Origin: Squalus acanthias
Lineage: Eukaryota
Direction of reading: 5' to 3'
NCBI GenBank assembly: GCA_030390025.1
Contig: JASTWF010000034.1
Location: forward strand, 5,642,001 to 5,706,000
Length of the DNA: 64,000 nucleotides
A program made the position numbers and the translations under genes. Under the pieces are notes generated by a model. The model was not told the origin of the DNA, ran no database searches, and was given only the letters and a program-made list of their open reading frames with translations. How positions within the stretch are numbered: position 1 is the first letter of the stretch; each line of letters begins with the position of its first letter. Of this stretch, positions 37,150 through 52,100 are shown one piece after another.

Positions 37150-37668
37150 GACCTGCCCTAGGAATGTTTCATGGGACATTGTAGAGGGAGCTTTACTCTT
37201 TATCTAACCCGTGCTTTACCTGCCCTGGGAGTGTTCGATGGGACAGTGTAGAAGCAGCTTTACACTGTATCAAACGTGGTCTGAACCTGCCCTGGGAGTG
37301 TTTGATGGGACAGTGTAGAGGCAGCTTTACTTTGCATCTAATAGAAGCTGTACTTGCCCTGGGAGCATTTGATGGGACTTTGTAGAGGGAGCTTTACTCC
37401 GTGTCTAACCTGTGCTGTACCTGCAGTGGGAATGTTTGATGCGACAGTGTAGAGAGAGCTTTACTCTATCTAAAATAACAACAGAAAACGCTGGAAAAAC
37501 TCAGCAGGCCAGGCAGCATCCGTGGAGAGAGAAAGAGAGTTAACGTTTCAGGTCGATGACCTTTACTCTATCTAACCCGTGCTGCACCTGCCCTGAGAGG
37601 GTTTGATGGGACATTGTAGAGGGAGCTTTAATCTCTATCTAACCCGTGCTGTACCTGTCCTGGGAGTG
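37150..37668. repeat. 67-bp minisatellite block containing a short insertion
   Basis: Same unit as at 24440. Confidence 0.85.
37474..37560 (-). mobile_element. 87-bp Penelope-type pLTR remnant (3' half of a hammerhead-like motif) with 15-bp TSD
   Basis: CTTTACTCTATCTAA flanks both sides (37459-37473, 37561-37575). Minus strand reads AGGTCATCGACCT-GAAACGTT (hairpin, GAAA, ACGT). The CTGATGA core is missing. Confidence 0.6.
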
Positions 37669-37669
37669 A

Positions 37670-39213
37670 TTTGAATGTTGTGAGCGTTCCTGCCTCTACC
37701 ACCCTTTAAGGGAGTGAGCTCCAGATTTCAACCACCCTCTGGGTGAAAAGGTTTTGCCTCAAATCCCCTCTAAACCTCCTGCCCCTTACCTTGAAACTAT
37801 GCCCCCTGGTTATTGACCCGTCTGCGAAGGTGAAGAATTTCCTTTTTATCCACCCGAGCTATGCCCCTCATAATTTTGTACACCTCAATCAGGTCCCCCC
37901 TCAGCCTTCCCTGCTTTAAGGAAAACAACCCCATCCTGTCCAGTCTCTCTTCACAGCTGAAACGCTCCAGCCCAGGTGACATCCTGGTGAATCTCCTCTG
38001 CACCCTGTCCAATTCAATCACATCCCTCCTATAGTGTGGTGACCAGAACTGCACACAGTATTCCAGCTGTGGCCTAACCAGCGTTTTGTACAGCTCCATC
38101 ATAACCTCCCTCCTCTTATATACTATGCCTCGGCTAATGAAGGCAAGTATCCAATATGCCTTTTTAACCACCTTATCTGCCTGTCCTGCTGCCTTCAGGG
38201 ATCTATGTACATGCACGCCAAGGTCCCTCTGATCCTCTGTCCTTCCTAGGGTCCTACCATTCATTGTGTATTCCCTTGCCTTGTTTGTCCTCCCAAAATG
38301 CATCACCTCACACTTTTCAGGGTTAAATTACATTTGCCACTGTTCTGCCCATCTAACCATCCAGCCTGTATCGTCCTGTAGTCTGAGGCTTCCCTTCTCG
38401 CTATTTACCACTCCACCAATTTTCGTGTCATCTGCGAACTTACATTCATATCTAAATCATTAATGTACACTACAAACAGCAAAGGACCCAGCACCGTTCC
38501 CTGCTGTACACCACTGGACACTGGCTTCCATTCACAAAAACTACCTTCGAGCATCACCATCTGCCTCCTGCCACTAAGCCAATTTTGAATCAAATGTGCC
38601 AAATTGCCCTGGATCCCATGGCCTCTCACCGTCTTGATCAGTCTCCCATGTGGGACTTTATCAAAAGCCTTACTGAAGACCATGTAGACGACATCAACTG
38701 CACTATCCTCATCCATACACCTAGTCACCCCCTCAAAAATTCAATCAAATTTGTTAGAGATGATCTCACCCTGACAAAGCCATGCTGACTATCCCTGATT
38801 AATCCTTGCCTCTCCAAGTGGAGACTAATTTTGTCCCTCAGAATTTTTTCCAATAATTCCCCTATCACTGATGTTAGGCTCACTGGCCTGTAATTCCCTG
38901 GTTTATCCCAACTACCCTTCTTGAACAATGGTACTATGTTAGCTGTTCTCCAGTCCTCTGGCACCTCCCCTGTGGTCAGAGAGGTTCTGAAAATTTGAGT
39001 CCGAGGCCCTGCAGTCTCCTCCCTTGCCTCACACTGCAGCCTGGGATACATCCCGTCAGGACCTGGGGATTTATTCACTTTGAAGCCCACTAAAACCGCT
39101 AGTACCTCCTCCCTCTCAATACTAATTTGTTCAAGTATATCACAATACCCCTGCCTGATTTCTATGCCTCCATCGTCCTTCTCCATAGTGAACACAGATG
39201 CAAAATATTAATT
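37670..39213 (-). mobile_element. CR1 LINE ORF2 fragment, frameshifted
   Basis: KSPGPDGMYPR, VPEDWRTANIVPLFKKG..PGNYRPVSLTS, WKPVSSGVQQGTVLGPLLFVVYINDLD and LYKTLVRPQLEYCVQFWSP, across three frames. Confidence 0.93.
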
Positions 39214-42200
39214 TCAGAGGTTTACTCTGTAACAAACATTGTCTGAACCTGCCCTGGGATTTTTTGATGGGACAGTGTAGAGAGTTTTTCTCTGTATCGA
39301 ACCCCTGCTGACACCAGTACTGAACCCTGGGGAATCGTCCTGTAAACCTCTCTCCAGCACCCCCGTACGGACTCTTGGGGAACTCCACTGTCGATCTACC
39401 TCCAGACCCCAGTACTGAACCCTGGGGAACTCCACGGTATACCTCCCTCTAGCCCGTTGTACTGACCCCTGGGGAACAGCACTGTATACCTCCCTCCAGC
39501 ACCCAGTACTGAAACCTGGAGAACTCCGCTGGAAACCTCTCTCCAGCACTCCCGTACAGACCCTTGGGGAACTCCACTGTCTATCTCCCTCCCGCTCCTG
39601 ATACTGTACCCTGGGGAACTCCACTGTTTACATCCCTCCAGACCCCAGTACGGAACCCTGGGGATTTGCGCAGCATACATTCCCCCAGACAGCCGTACTG
39701 AACCCTGGGGAACTCCACTGTACACCTCCTTCCAGACCCCAGTACTGAACCCTGGGGAACTGCACTGTTTCCATCCCTCCAGCCCCCATTACTGAACCCT
39801 GGGGAACTCCACTGTATACCTCCCTCCAGCCTCCAGTACTGAACCCTGGGGAACTCCACTGTGTAACTCCCTCCAGCACCCAGTACTGAACCCTGGGGAA
39901 CTCCACTGTATACCTGCCTCCAGCCCCTGCTACTGAACCCTGGGGAACTCCACTGTACACCTCCCTCCAGACACCAGTACTGAACACTGGGGAAATCCAC
40001 TGTATACTTCCCGCCAGACCCCAGTACTGAACCCTGGGGAACTCCACTGTACACCTCCCTCCAGACCCCTGTACTGAACCCTGGGGAACTCCACTGTTTA
40101 CCGCCCTCCAGACACCAGTACTGAACCCTGGGGAACTCCACTGTATACCTCCCTCCAGCCCACAGTACAGAACCCTGGGGAACTCCACTGTATACATCGC
40201 TCGAGCCCCCAGTACTGTACTGTGGGGAACACCACTGTACACCTCTCTCCAGACCCCAGTACTGAACCCTGTGGAACAGCACTTTATACCTCCCTCCAGC
40301 CCAAAGTACAGCGTCCTGGGTATGTCCAGTGTTTGCCTACCTCCAGCCCCCTGTTTTACACCCTGGGGAACTCCAATATATAACTCCCATCAGCCCACAA
40401 TACTGAACCCTGGGAAACTCCACTGTATATCCAACTCCAGACCCCAGTACTGAACCCTGGGGAACTCCACTGTATACGTCCACCCAGATCACAGTACTGA
40501 ACCCTGGGTAACTCCACTGTATATCTCCCTCCAGCCCACAGTACTGAACCCTGGGAAACTGCACTGTATACCTCCTTCCAGACTCCAGTGCGTAACCCTG
40601 GGAAACTCCACTGTATACCTCCTTCCAGACCCCAGTACTGAACCCTCGGGATCTCCAAAGTATACCTCCCTCTAGACCCTGCTACAGAACCCTGGGGAAC
40701 TCCAATGGACACCTACCACCAGACACCAGGAATGAATGCTGGGGAACTCCAATGGACACCTCCCACAAGGCACCAGGACTGACCCCTGGGTAACCCCACT
40801 GTATACCTCCCTCCAGCCCCCAGGACTGAACCCTGAGGAAATCCACTGAATAGCTCCCCCCCATCACCAGTACTTAACCCTGGGTATCTCCACTGTAGAG
40901 CTCCCTCCGACCCCCCAGTAATGAACCCTGTGGAACAGCACTGTATATCTCCCCGAAGCACACAGTACTGAACCCTGGGGAAATCCACTGTATACCTCCC
41001 TCCAGCCCCTGCTACTGATCACTGACGAAATCCAGTGTATACTTCCCTCCAGACCACAGTACTGAACCCAGGGGAACTACACTGTATACCTCCCCCCAGT
41101 CACCAGTACTGAACCCTGGGGAACTCCACTGTATACCTCCCTCCAGAAACCCAGTACTGAACCCAGGGGAACTCCAATGTATACCTCCCTCCAGCCCACA
41201 GTACTGAACCCTGGGGAACTCCATTGTATACCTCCCTCCAGCCCACAGTACTGAACCCTGGGGAACTCCATTGTATACCTCCCTCTAGACCCTGCTACTG
41301 AACCCTGGGGAACTCCACTGTATACATCCCTCCATACACCAGGACTGAACCCTGGGGAACGCCACTGTATACCTCCCTCCAGCCCCCAGTACTGAACCCT
41401 GGGGAACTCCACTGTATACCTCCCTCCAGCCCACAGTACTGAACCCTGGGGAACTCCACTGTATACCTCCCTACAGCCCACAGTACTGAACCCTGGGAAA
41501 TTGCACTGTATACCTCCTTCCAGACTCCAGTGCGTAACCCTGGGAAACTCCACTGTATACCTCCTTCCAGACCCCAGTACCGAACCCTCGGGAACTCCAA
41601 AGTATACCTCCCTCTAGACCCTGCTACTGAACCCTGGGGAACTCCAATGGACACCTCCCACCAGACACCAGGAATAAATGCTGGGGAACTCCAATGGACA
41701 CCTCCCACAAGGCACCAGGACTGACCCCTGGGGAACCCCACTGTATACCTCCCTCCAGCCCCCAGTACTGAACCCTGGGGAACTCCACTGTATACCTCCC
41801 TCCAGCCCACAGTACTGAACCCTGGGGAATTCCACTGTATACCTCCCTCCATACACCAGGACTGAACCCTGGGGAGCTCCACTGTATACCTCCCTCCAGC
41901 CCACAGTACTGAACCCTGGGAAACTGCACTGTATACCTCCTTCCAGACTCCAGTGCGTAACCCTGGGAAACTCCACTGTATAACTCCTTCCAGACCCCAG
42001 TACTGATTCCCTCGGGAACTCCAAAGTATACCTCCCTCTACACCCTGCTACTGAACCCTGGGGAACTCCAATGGACGCCTCCCACCAGACACCAGGAATG
42101 AATGCTGGGGAACTCCAATGGACACCTCCCACAAGGCACCAGGACTGACCCCTGGGGAACCCCACTGTATACCTCCCTCCAGCCCCCAGGACTGAACCCT

Positions 42201-45200
42201 GAGGAAATCCACTGAATAGCTCCCCCCCATCACCAGTACTTAACCCTGGGTATCTCCACTGTAGAGCTCCCTCCAACCCCCCAGTAATGAACCCTGTGGA
42301 ACAGCACTGTATATCTCCCTGAATCACACAGTACTGAACCCTGGGGAAATCCACTGTATACCTCCCTCCAGCCCCTGCTACTGATCCCTGACGAAATCCA
42401 GTGTATACCTCCCTCCAGACCACAGTACTGAACCCTGGGGAACTCCACTGTATACCTCCCCCCAGTCACCAGTACTGAACCCTGGGGAACTCCACTGTAT
42501 ACCTCCCTCCAGAAACCCAGTACTGAACCCAGGGGAACTCCACTGTATACCTCCCTCCAGCCCACAGTACTGAACCCTGGGGAACTCCATTGTATACCTC
42601 CCTCCAGCCCACAGTACTGAACCCTGGGGAACTCCATTGTATACCTTCCTCTAGACCCTGCTACTGAACCCTGGGGAACTCCACTGTATACATCACTCCA
42701 TACACCAGGACTGAACCCTGGGGAACGCCACTGTATACCTCCCTCCAGCCCCCAGTACTGAACCCTGGGGAACTCCACTGTATACCTCCCTCCAGCCCAC
42801 AGTACTGAACCCTGGGGAACTCCACTGTATACCTCCCCGCAAGACAACAGTATTGAACCCTGGGGAGCTCCACTGTATACCTCCCTCCAGCCCCCAGTAC
42901 TGAACCCTGGGGAACTCCATTGTATACCTCCCTCCAGCCCCCAGTACTGAACCCTGGGGAACGCCACTGTATACCTCCCTCCAGACACCTGTACTGAACC
43001 CAGGGGAACTCCAGTGTATACCTCCCTCTGGACATCAGTACTGAACCCTGGGGAACTCCATTGTATACCTCCCTCCAGCCCACAGTACTGAACCCTGGGG
43101 AACGCCACTGTATACGTCCCCTCCAGACCCCAGTACTGAACCCTGGGGAACTCCACTGTATACCTCCCTCCAGACCCCAGGACTGAACCCTGGGAAACTC
43201 CACTGCATACCTCTCTTCTGACCCCAGTACTGAACCCTGGGGAACTCCACTGTATCCCTCCCTCCAGACCCCAGTACTGAACCCTGGGGAACTCCACTGT
43301 ATACCTCCCCGCAAGACAACAGTATTGAACCCTGGGGAACTCCACTGTTTCCCTCCCGGCAAGACAACAGTACTGAACCCTGGGGAACTCCACTGTATCC
43401 CTCCCTCCAGACCCCAGTACTGAACCCTGGGGAACTCCACTGTATACCTCCCCGCAAGACAACAGTATTGAACCCTGGGGAACTCCACTGTTTCCCTCCC
43501 GGCAAGACAACAGTATTGAACCCTGGGGAACTCCACTGAATACCTCTCCCCAAGACATCAGTATTGAACCCTGGGGAACTCCACTGTATACCACTCTTCA
43601 GACCCCAGTACTGAACCCTGGGGAACTCCACCGTATACCTCCCTCCAGCCCACAGTACAGAACCCTGGGAAACTCCACTGTATACATCGCTCGAGCCCCC
43701 AGCACTGAAACCATGTTGAACTCCACTGTATACCTCCCTCCAGCTCCCAGTACTGAACGCTGTGGAACTGCACTGTGTACATCCCTGCAGCCCCCAGTAC
43801 AGCGTACTGGGTATGTCCAGTGTTTGCCTACCTCCAGCCCCCTGTTCTACACCCTGGTGAACTCCAAGAGATAACTCCCTACAGCCCACAGTATTGATCG
43901 CTGGGGAACTCCACTGCATACCTCTCCCCAGACCCCAGTACTGAACCCTGGGGAACTCCACTTTATACCTCCCTCCAGCCCCCAGTACTGGACCCTGGGG
44001 AACTGCACTGTATACATGCCCCCAGACTCCAGTAATTTAAACCCTGGGGTACTCCATTGTATACCACCCTCCAGCCCCTGCTACTGAACACTGGAGAACT
44101 CCACTTTATACACCCCTCCAGACCCCAGCACTGAACCATGTGGAAGTCCATTGTATACCTTACCCAGACAACAGTGCTGAATCCTGGGGAACTCCACTGT
44201 ATACCTCCCCCCAGACCCCAGTACTGAACCCTGGGGAACTCCACTGTATACCTCCCTCCAGCCCCCAGTACTGAACCCTGGGGAACTCCACTGTATACCT
44301 CCCTCCAGCCCCCAGCACTGAACCATGTGGAAGTCCATTGTATACCTTACCCAGACAACAGTGCTGAATCCTGGGGAACTCCACTGTATACCTCCCCCCA
44401 GTCACCAGTACTGAACCCTGGGGAACTCCACTGTATACCTCCCTCCAGAAACCCAGAACTGAACCCAGGGGAACTCCACTGTATACCTCCCTCCAGCCCC
44501 CAGTACTGAACCCTGGGGAACTCCACTGTATACCTCCTCCCAGACACCAGTACTGAACCCTGGGGAACTCCACTGTATACCTCCCTCCATACACCAGTAC
44601 TGAACCCTGGGGAACTCCACTGTATACCTCCCTCCAGCCCCCAGTACTGAACCCTGGGGAACTCCATTGTATAGCTCCCTCCAGCCCCCAGTACTGAACC
44701 CTGGGGAATGCCACTGTATACCTCCCTCCAGACACCAGTACTGAACCCAGGGGAACTCCAGTGTATACCTCCCTCTGGACATCAGTACTGAACCCTGGGG
44801 AACTCCACTGTATACCTCCCTCCAGCCCCCAGTACTGGACCCTGGGGAACTCCACTGTATACATGCCCCCAGATTCCAGTAATTTAAACCCTGGGGTACT
44901 CCATTGTATACCACCCTCCAGCCCCTGCTACTGAACACTGGAGAACTCCACTTTATACGCCCCTCCAGCCCCCAGTACTGAACCCTGGGGAACGCCACTG
45001 TATACCTCCCTCCAGACACCAGTACTGAACCCAGGAGAACTCCAGTGTATACCTCCCTCTGCACATCAGTACTGAACCCTGGGGAACTCCACTGTATATC
45101 TCCCTCCAGACCCCAGTACTGAACCCTAGGGAAATCCAATGTATACCTCCCTCCAGACCCCCAGTACTGAACCCTGGGAAACTCCACTGTATACATCCCT

Positions 45201-46984
45201 GCAGCCCACAGTACTGAACCTTGGGGAACTCCACTACATACATCCCCCAGACCCCAGCACTGAACCCTGGGGAACTCCACTGTATACCTCCCACAAGACC
45301 CCAGTACTGAACCCTGGGGAACTCCACTGTATACCTCCCTCCAGACACCAGTACTGAACCCTGGGGACCTCCACTGTATACCTCCCCCCAAGACAACAGC
45401 ATTGAACCCTGGGGAACTCCGCTGTATACCTTCCTCCAGACAACAGTGCTGAACCCTTTGGAACTCCACTGCATACCACTCCCCAAGACACCAGTATTGA
45501 ACCCTGGGGAACTCCACTGCATACCTCTCACCAAGACACCAGTATTGAACCCTGGGGAACTCCACTGTGTACCTCCCCCCAGACACCAGTACTGAACCCT
45601 GGGGAACTCCACCGTACACCTCCCCGCAGACCCCAGTACTGAACCCTGGGGAACTCCACTTTATACCTCCTCCCAGACACCAGTACTGAACCATGGGGAA
45701 ATCCACTGTATATCTCCCTCCAGACCACAGTACTGAATCCTGGGGAACTCCACTGTATACCTCCATCCAGCCCCCAGTACTGAACCCTGGGGAACTCCAC
45801 TGTATATATGCCTCCAGACCCCAGTACTGAACCCTGGGGAACTCCACTGTATACCTCATTCCAGCCCCCAGTACTGAACTCTGGGGAACTCCACTGTATA
45901 CCTCCATCCAGCCCCTAGCACTGAACCCTGAGGCACTCCACTGTAAACTTCCCTCCAGCCCCCAGTGCTGAATCCTGGCGAACTCCACTGTAAAATTCCC
46001 TCCAGCCCCTGCTACTGAACCCTGGCGAACTCCACTGTATACCTCCCTCCAGACCCCAGCACTGAACTCTGGGGAACTCCACTGTATACCTCCATCCAGC
46101 CCCCAGCACTGAATACTGGGGAACTCCACTGTATACCTCCCTCCCTACCCCAGTACTGAACCCTGGGGAACACCAGTGTATACCTCCCTCCAGCCCCCAG
46201 TACTGAACCCTGGGGAACTCCACTGCATACCTCCCTCCAGACCCCGAGTACTGAACTTTGGGGAACTCCAATGTATACCTTCATCCAGCGCCCAGCACTG
46301 AACCCTGGGGAACTCCACTGTATACCTCCCTCCAGACCCCAGTACTGAACCCTGGGGAACTCCACTGTATACCTCCCTCCATACCCCAGTACTGAACCCT
46401 GGGGAACTCCACTGTATACCTCCCTCCAGACCCCAGTACTGAACACTGGGGAACTCCACTGTATACCTCCCTCCAGACCCCAGTACTGAACACTGGGGAA
46501 CTCCACTGTATACCTCCCTCCAGACCCCAGTACTGAACACTGGGGAACTCCACTGTATACCTCCCTGCAGACCCCAGTACTGAACCCTGGGGAACTCCAC
46601 TGTATACCTCCCTCCAGATCCCAGTACTGAACCCTGGGGAACTCCAATGTATACCTCCCCTCAGGCACCAGTAATGAACCCTGGGGAACTCCACTGTACA
46701 CCTCACTCCAGATCCCTGTACTGAACGCTGGGGAACTCCACTTTATACCTCCCTCCAGACCCCAGTACTGAATCCTGGGGAACTCCACAGTACACCTCAC
46801 TCCAGATCCCTGTACTGAACGCTGGGGAAATCCACTGTATACCTCCATCCAGCCCCTGCTACTGAACCCTGTGGAAATATACTGTTACCCTCCCTCAAGA
46901 CACCAGTACTGAACTCTGGGGAAATCCATTGTATACCTCTCTCCAGCCCCCCAGTACTGAACCCTAGGGACCTCCACTGTATAC

Positions 46985-47226
46985 TGTATATTAGTGTGAG
47001 GGGGGGATTAAATATGTGGGGTTATGGGGATAGGATGGGATATGTTAGGGGGAATTAAATACGTGGGGTTACGGGGGTAGGGTGGGATATGTATACTGTG
47101 GGGATTAAAGCAGGGACAGGGTACTGGATTTGAATGATCAGCCATGATCGTATTGAATGGTGGAGCAGGCTCGACGGGCCGAATGGCCTACTCCTGCACC
47201 TAGATTCTATGTTTCTATGTTTCTAT
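46985..47226 (+). mobile_element. CR1-type 3' end insertion in the 47-bp satellite, copy 1 (3 tail units)
   Basis: GATCAGCCATGATCGTATTGAATGGTGGAGCAGGCTCGACGGGCCGAATGGCCTACTCCTGC followed by (TTTCTATG)n. Homologous to the CR1 3' UTR at 29975-30052. Confidence 0.88.
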
Positions 47227-48961
47227 ACCTACCTCCAGCGCCCTGTGCTGTACCCTGGGGAATCGCCCTGTATACCTCCCTCCAGACCCCAGTACTGAAC
47301 CCTGGGGAACTCCACTGTATACCTCCCTCCATACCCCAGTACTGAACCCTGGGGAACTCCACTGTATACCTCATTCCACACCCCAGCACTGAAACCTGGG
47401 GAACTCCACTGTCTACCTCCCTCCAGACACCAGTACTGAACACTGGGGAACTCCACTGTATACCTCATTCCAGCCCCCAGTACTGAACTCTGGGGAACTC
47501 CACTGTATACCTCCATCCAGCCCCTAGCACTGAACCCTGTTGCACTCCACTGTAAACTTCCCTCCAGCCCCCAGTGCTGAATCCTGGCGAACTCCACTGT
47601 AAAATTCCCTCCAGCCCCTGCTACTGAACCCTGGCGAATTCCACTGTATACCTCCCTCCAGACCCCAGCACTGAACCCTGGGGAACTCCACTGTATACCT
47701 CCATCCAGCCCCCAGCACTGAATACTGGGGAACTCCACTGTATACCTGCCTCCAGACCCCATTGGTGAATCCTGGGGAACTCCAATGTATACCTCCATCC
47801 AGCGCCCAGCACTGAACCCTGGGGAACTCCACTGTATACCTCCCTCCCGACCCAGTACTGAACCCTGGGGTACTCCACTGTATACCTCCCTCCATACCCC
47901 AGTACTGAACCCTGGGGAACTCCACTGTATACCTCTCTCCACACCCCAGCACTGAAACTTGGGGAACTCCACTGTCTACCTCCCTCCAGACCCCAGTACT
48001 GAACCCTGGGGAACTCCACTGTATACCTCATTCCAGCCCCCAGTACTGAACTCTGGGGAACTCCACTGTATACCTCCCTCCCTACCCCAGTACTGAACCC
48101 TGGGGAACACCAGTGTATACCTCCCTACAGACACCAGTACTGAACCCTGGGGAACTCCACTGCATACCTCCCTCCAGACCCCGAGTACTGAACTTTGGGG
48201 AACTCCACTTTATACCTCCCTCCAGACCCCAGTACTGAATCCTGGGGAACTCCAATGTATACCTCCATCCAGCGCCCAGCACTGAACCCTGGGGAACTCC
48301 ACTGTATACCTCCCTCCAGACCCCAGGACTGAACCCTGGGGCACTCCACTGTATACCTCACTCCACACCCCAGTACTGAACCCTGGGGAACTCCACTGTC
48401 TACCTCCCTTCAGACCCCAGTACTGAACCCTGGGGAACTCCACTGTACACCTCCCTCCAGACCCCAGTACTGAACACTGGGGAACTCCACTGTATACCTC
48501 CCTGCAGACCCCAGTACTGAACCCTGGGGAACTCCACTGTATACCTCCCTCCAGATCCCAGTACTGAACCCTGGGGAACTCCACTGTATTCCTCCCCTCA
48601 GGCACCAGCACTGAACCCTGGGGAACACCACTGTATACCTCCCTCCAGATCCCAGTACTGAACCCTGGGGAACTCCACTGTCTACCTCCCCCCAGTACTG
48701 AACCCTGGGGAACTCCACTGTATACCTCCCTCCAGACGCCACTACTGAATCCTGGGGAACTCCACTGTACACCTCACTCCAGATCCCTGTACTGAACGCT
48801 GGGGAAATCCACTGTATACCTCCATCCAGCCCCTGCTACTGAACCCTGGGGAAATATACTGTTACCCTCCCTCAAGACACCAGTACTGAACTCTGGGGAA
48901 ATCCATTGTATACCTCTCTCCAGCCCTCCAGTACTGAACCCTGGGGAACTCCACTGTATAC

Positions 48962-49219
48962 TGTATATTAGTGTTAGGTGGGGATTAAATATGTGGGGTT
49001 ATGGGGATATATTGGGATATGTTAGGGGGAATTAAAGACGTGGGGTTACGGGGGTAGGGTGGGATATGTATACTGTGGGGATTAAAGCAGGGACAGGGTA
49101 CTGGATTTGAATGATCAGCCATGATCGTATTGAATGGTGGAGCAGGCTCGACGGGCCGAATGGCCTACTCCTGCTCCTAGATTCTATGTTTCTATGTTTC
49201 TATGTTTCTATGTTTCTAT
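48962..49219 (+). mobile_element. CR1-type 3' end insertion, copy 2 (5 tail units)
   Basis: Same sequence and same insertion point within the monomer as at 46985. Confidence 0.88.
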
Positions 49220-52100
49220 ACCTACCTCCAGCGCCCTGTACTGAACCCTGGGGAATCGCCCTGTATACCTCCCTCCAGACCCCAGTACTGAACCCTGCGG
49301 AACTCCACTGTATGCGTCCCCCCCAGATCCCAGTACTGAACCCTGGGTAACTCCACTATATACCTCCCTCCAGCCCACAATACTGAACCCTGGGAAACTG
49401 CACTGTATACCTCCTTCCAGACTCCAGTGCGTAACCCTGGGAAACTCCACTGTATACCTCCTTCCAAACCCCAGTACTGTACCCTCGGGAACTCCAAAGT
49501 ATACCTCCCTCTAGACCCTGCTACTGAACCCTGGGCAACTTCAATGGACACCTCCCACCAGACACCAGGACTGAACCCTGGGGAACTCCAATGGACACCT
49601 CCCACCAGACACCAGGACTGACCCCTGGGGAACCCCACTGTATACCTCCCTCCAGCCCCCAGGACTGAACCCTGAGGAAATCCACTGAACGCCTCCCTCC
49701 CGTCACCAGTACTGAACCCTGGGGATCTCCACTGTATAGCTCCCTCCAACCCCCCCCCAGTAATGAACCCTGTGGAACAGCACTGTATATCTCCCTGAAG
49801 CACACAGTACTGAACCCTGGGGAAATCCACTGTATACCTCCCTCCAGCCCCTGCTACTGATCCCTGATGAAATCCAGTGTATACCTCCCTCCAGACCCCA
49901 ATACTGAGCCCTGGGGAACTCCACTCTATACCTCCCCCCAGGCACCAGTACTGAACCCTGGCGAACTCCACTGTATACCTCCGTCCAGAAACCCAGTACT
50001 GAACCCTGGGGAACTCCACTGTATACCTCCCTCTAGATCCTGATACTGAACCCTGGGGAACTCCACTGTATGCCTACCCCGAGACCCAAGTACTGAACCC
50101 TGGGGAACTCCACTGTATACCTCCCTCCAGCCCCCAGTACTGATCCCTGGGGAACTCCACTGTATACCTCCCTCCAGACACCAGTACTAAACCCAGGGGA
50201 ACTCCAGTGTATACCTCCCTTCAGACCCCAGTACTGAACCCTGGGGAACTCGACTGTATACATCCCTCCAGCCCCCAGTAATGAACACTGGGGAACTCCA
50301 CTATATACCTCCCTCCAGACCCCAGTACTGAACCCTGGGGAACTCCACTGTATACCTCACTCCAGTTCCCAGTACTGTACCCTAGGGAACTCCACTGTAT
50401 ACCTCCCCCAAGACCCCAGTACTGAACCCTGGGGAACTCCACTGGAAACCGTCCTCCATACACCAGGACTGAACCCTGGGGAACTCCACTGTATACCTCT
50501 CTCCAGCCCCCAGTACTGAACCCTGGGGAACTCCACTGTATACCTCCCTCCAGACACCAGTACTGAACCCAGCGGAACTCCAGTGTATACCTCCCTCTGG
50601 ATATCAGTACTGAACCCTGGGGAACTCCACTGTATACCTCCCTCCAGCCCACAGTACTGAACCCTGGGGAACTCCACTGTATACGTCCCCTCCAGACCCC
50701 AGTACTGAACCCTGGGGAACTCCACTGTATACCTCCCTCCAGACCCCAGTACTGAACCCTGGGGAACTCCACTGTATACCTCCCTCCAGACCCCAGGACT
50801 GAACCCTGGGGAACTCCACTGCATACCTCTCTTCAGACCCCAGTACTGAACCCTGGGGAACTCCACTGTATACCGCCCCCCAAGACAACAGTATTGAACC
50901 CTGGGGAACCCCACTGTTTCCCTCCCCGCAAGACAACAGTATTGATCCCTGTGGAACTCCACTGCATACCTCTCCCCAAGACATCAGTATTGAACCCTGG
51001 GGAACTCCACTGTATACCTCTCTTCAGACCACAGTACTGAACCCTGGGGAACTCCACTGTATACCTCCCTCCAGCCCACAGTACAGAACCCTGGGAAACT
51101 CCACTGTATACATCGCTCGAGTCCCCAGTACTGTATTGTGGGGAACTCCCCTGCACACCTCTCTCCAGCCCTCAGTACTGAAACCATGTTGAACTCCACT
51201 GTATACATCCCTCCAGCTCCCAGTACTGTACGCTGTGGAACTGCACTGTATACTTCCCTGCAACGCCCAGTACAGCGTACTGGGTATGTCAAGTGTTTGC
51301 CTACCTCCAGCCCCCTGTTCTACACCCTGGGGAACTCCAATATATAACTCCCTTCAGCCCACAGAATTGATCGCTGGGGAACTCCACTGTATACCTCTCC
51401 CCAGACCCCAGTACTGAACCCTGGGGAACTCCACTATATACCTCCCTCCAGCCCACAATACTGAACCCTGGGAAACTGCACTGTATACCTCCTTCCAGAC
51501 TCCAGTGCGTAACCCTGGGGAACTCCACTGTATACCTTCCTCCAGCCCCCAGTACTGGACCCTGGGGAACTCCACTGTATACATGCACCCAGACTCCAGT
51601 AATTTAAATCTGGGGAAATCCACTGTATACCTCCCTCCAGACCCCAGTACTGAACCCTGGGGAACACCACTGTATACCTCCATCCAGCACCCAGTACTGA
51701 ACCCTGGGGAAATCCACTGTATACCTCCCTCCAGCCCATAGTACTGAACCCTGGGGAACTCCACTGTATACCTCCAACCAGCCACTGGCACTGAACCCTG
51801 AGGCACTCCACTGTAAACTTCCCTCCAGCCCACAGTATTGAACCCTGGCGAACTCCACTGTAAACTTCCCTCCAGCCCCTGCTACTGAACCCTGGTGAAC
51901 TCCACTGTATACCTCCCTCCAGACCCCAGTACTGAACCCTGGGGAACTCCACTGTATACCTCCCTCCAGCCCCCAGTACTGAACCCTGGGGAACTCCACT
52001 GTGTTCCTCCCCCCAGCCCCCAGTACTGAACCCTGGGGAACTCCAATGTTAACCTCCATCCAGACCCCAGCACTGAACCCTGGGGAACTCCACTGTATAC

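Noticed and set aside
38486..39310. The adjacent CR1 copy as the direct donor of the 47-bp satellite
   Set aside because: Its motif reads WKPVSSGVQQGTVLG with different codons, and it is separated from the array by ~800 bp including a 67-bp repeat remnant. The donor must be another subfamily.
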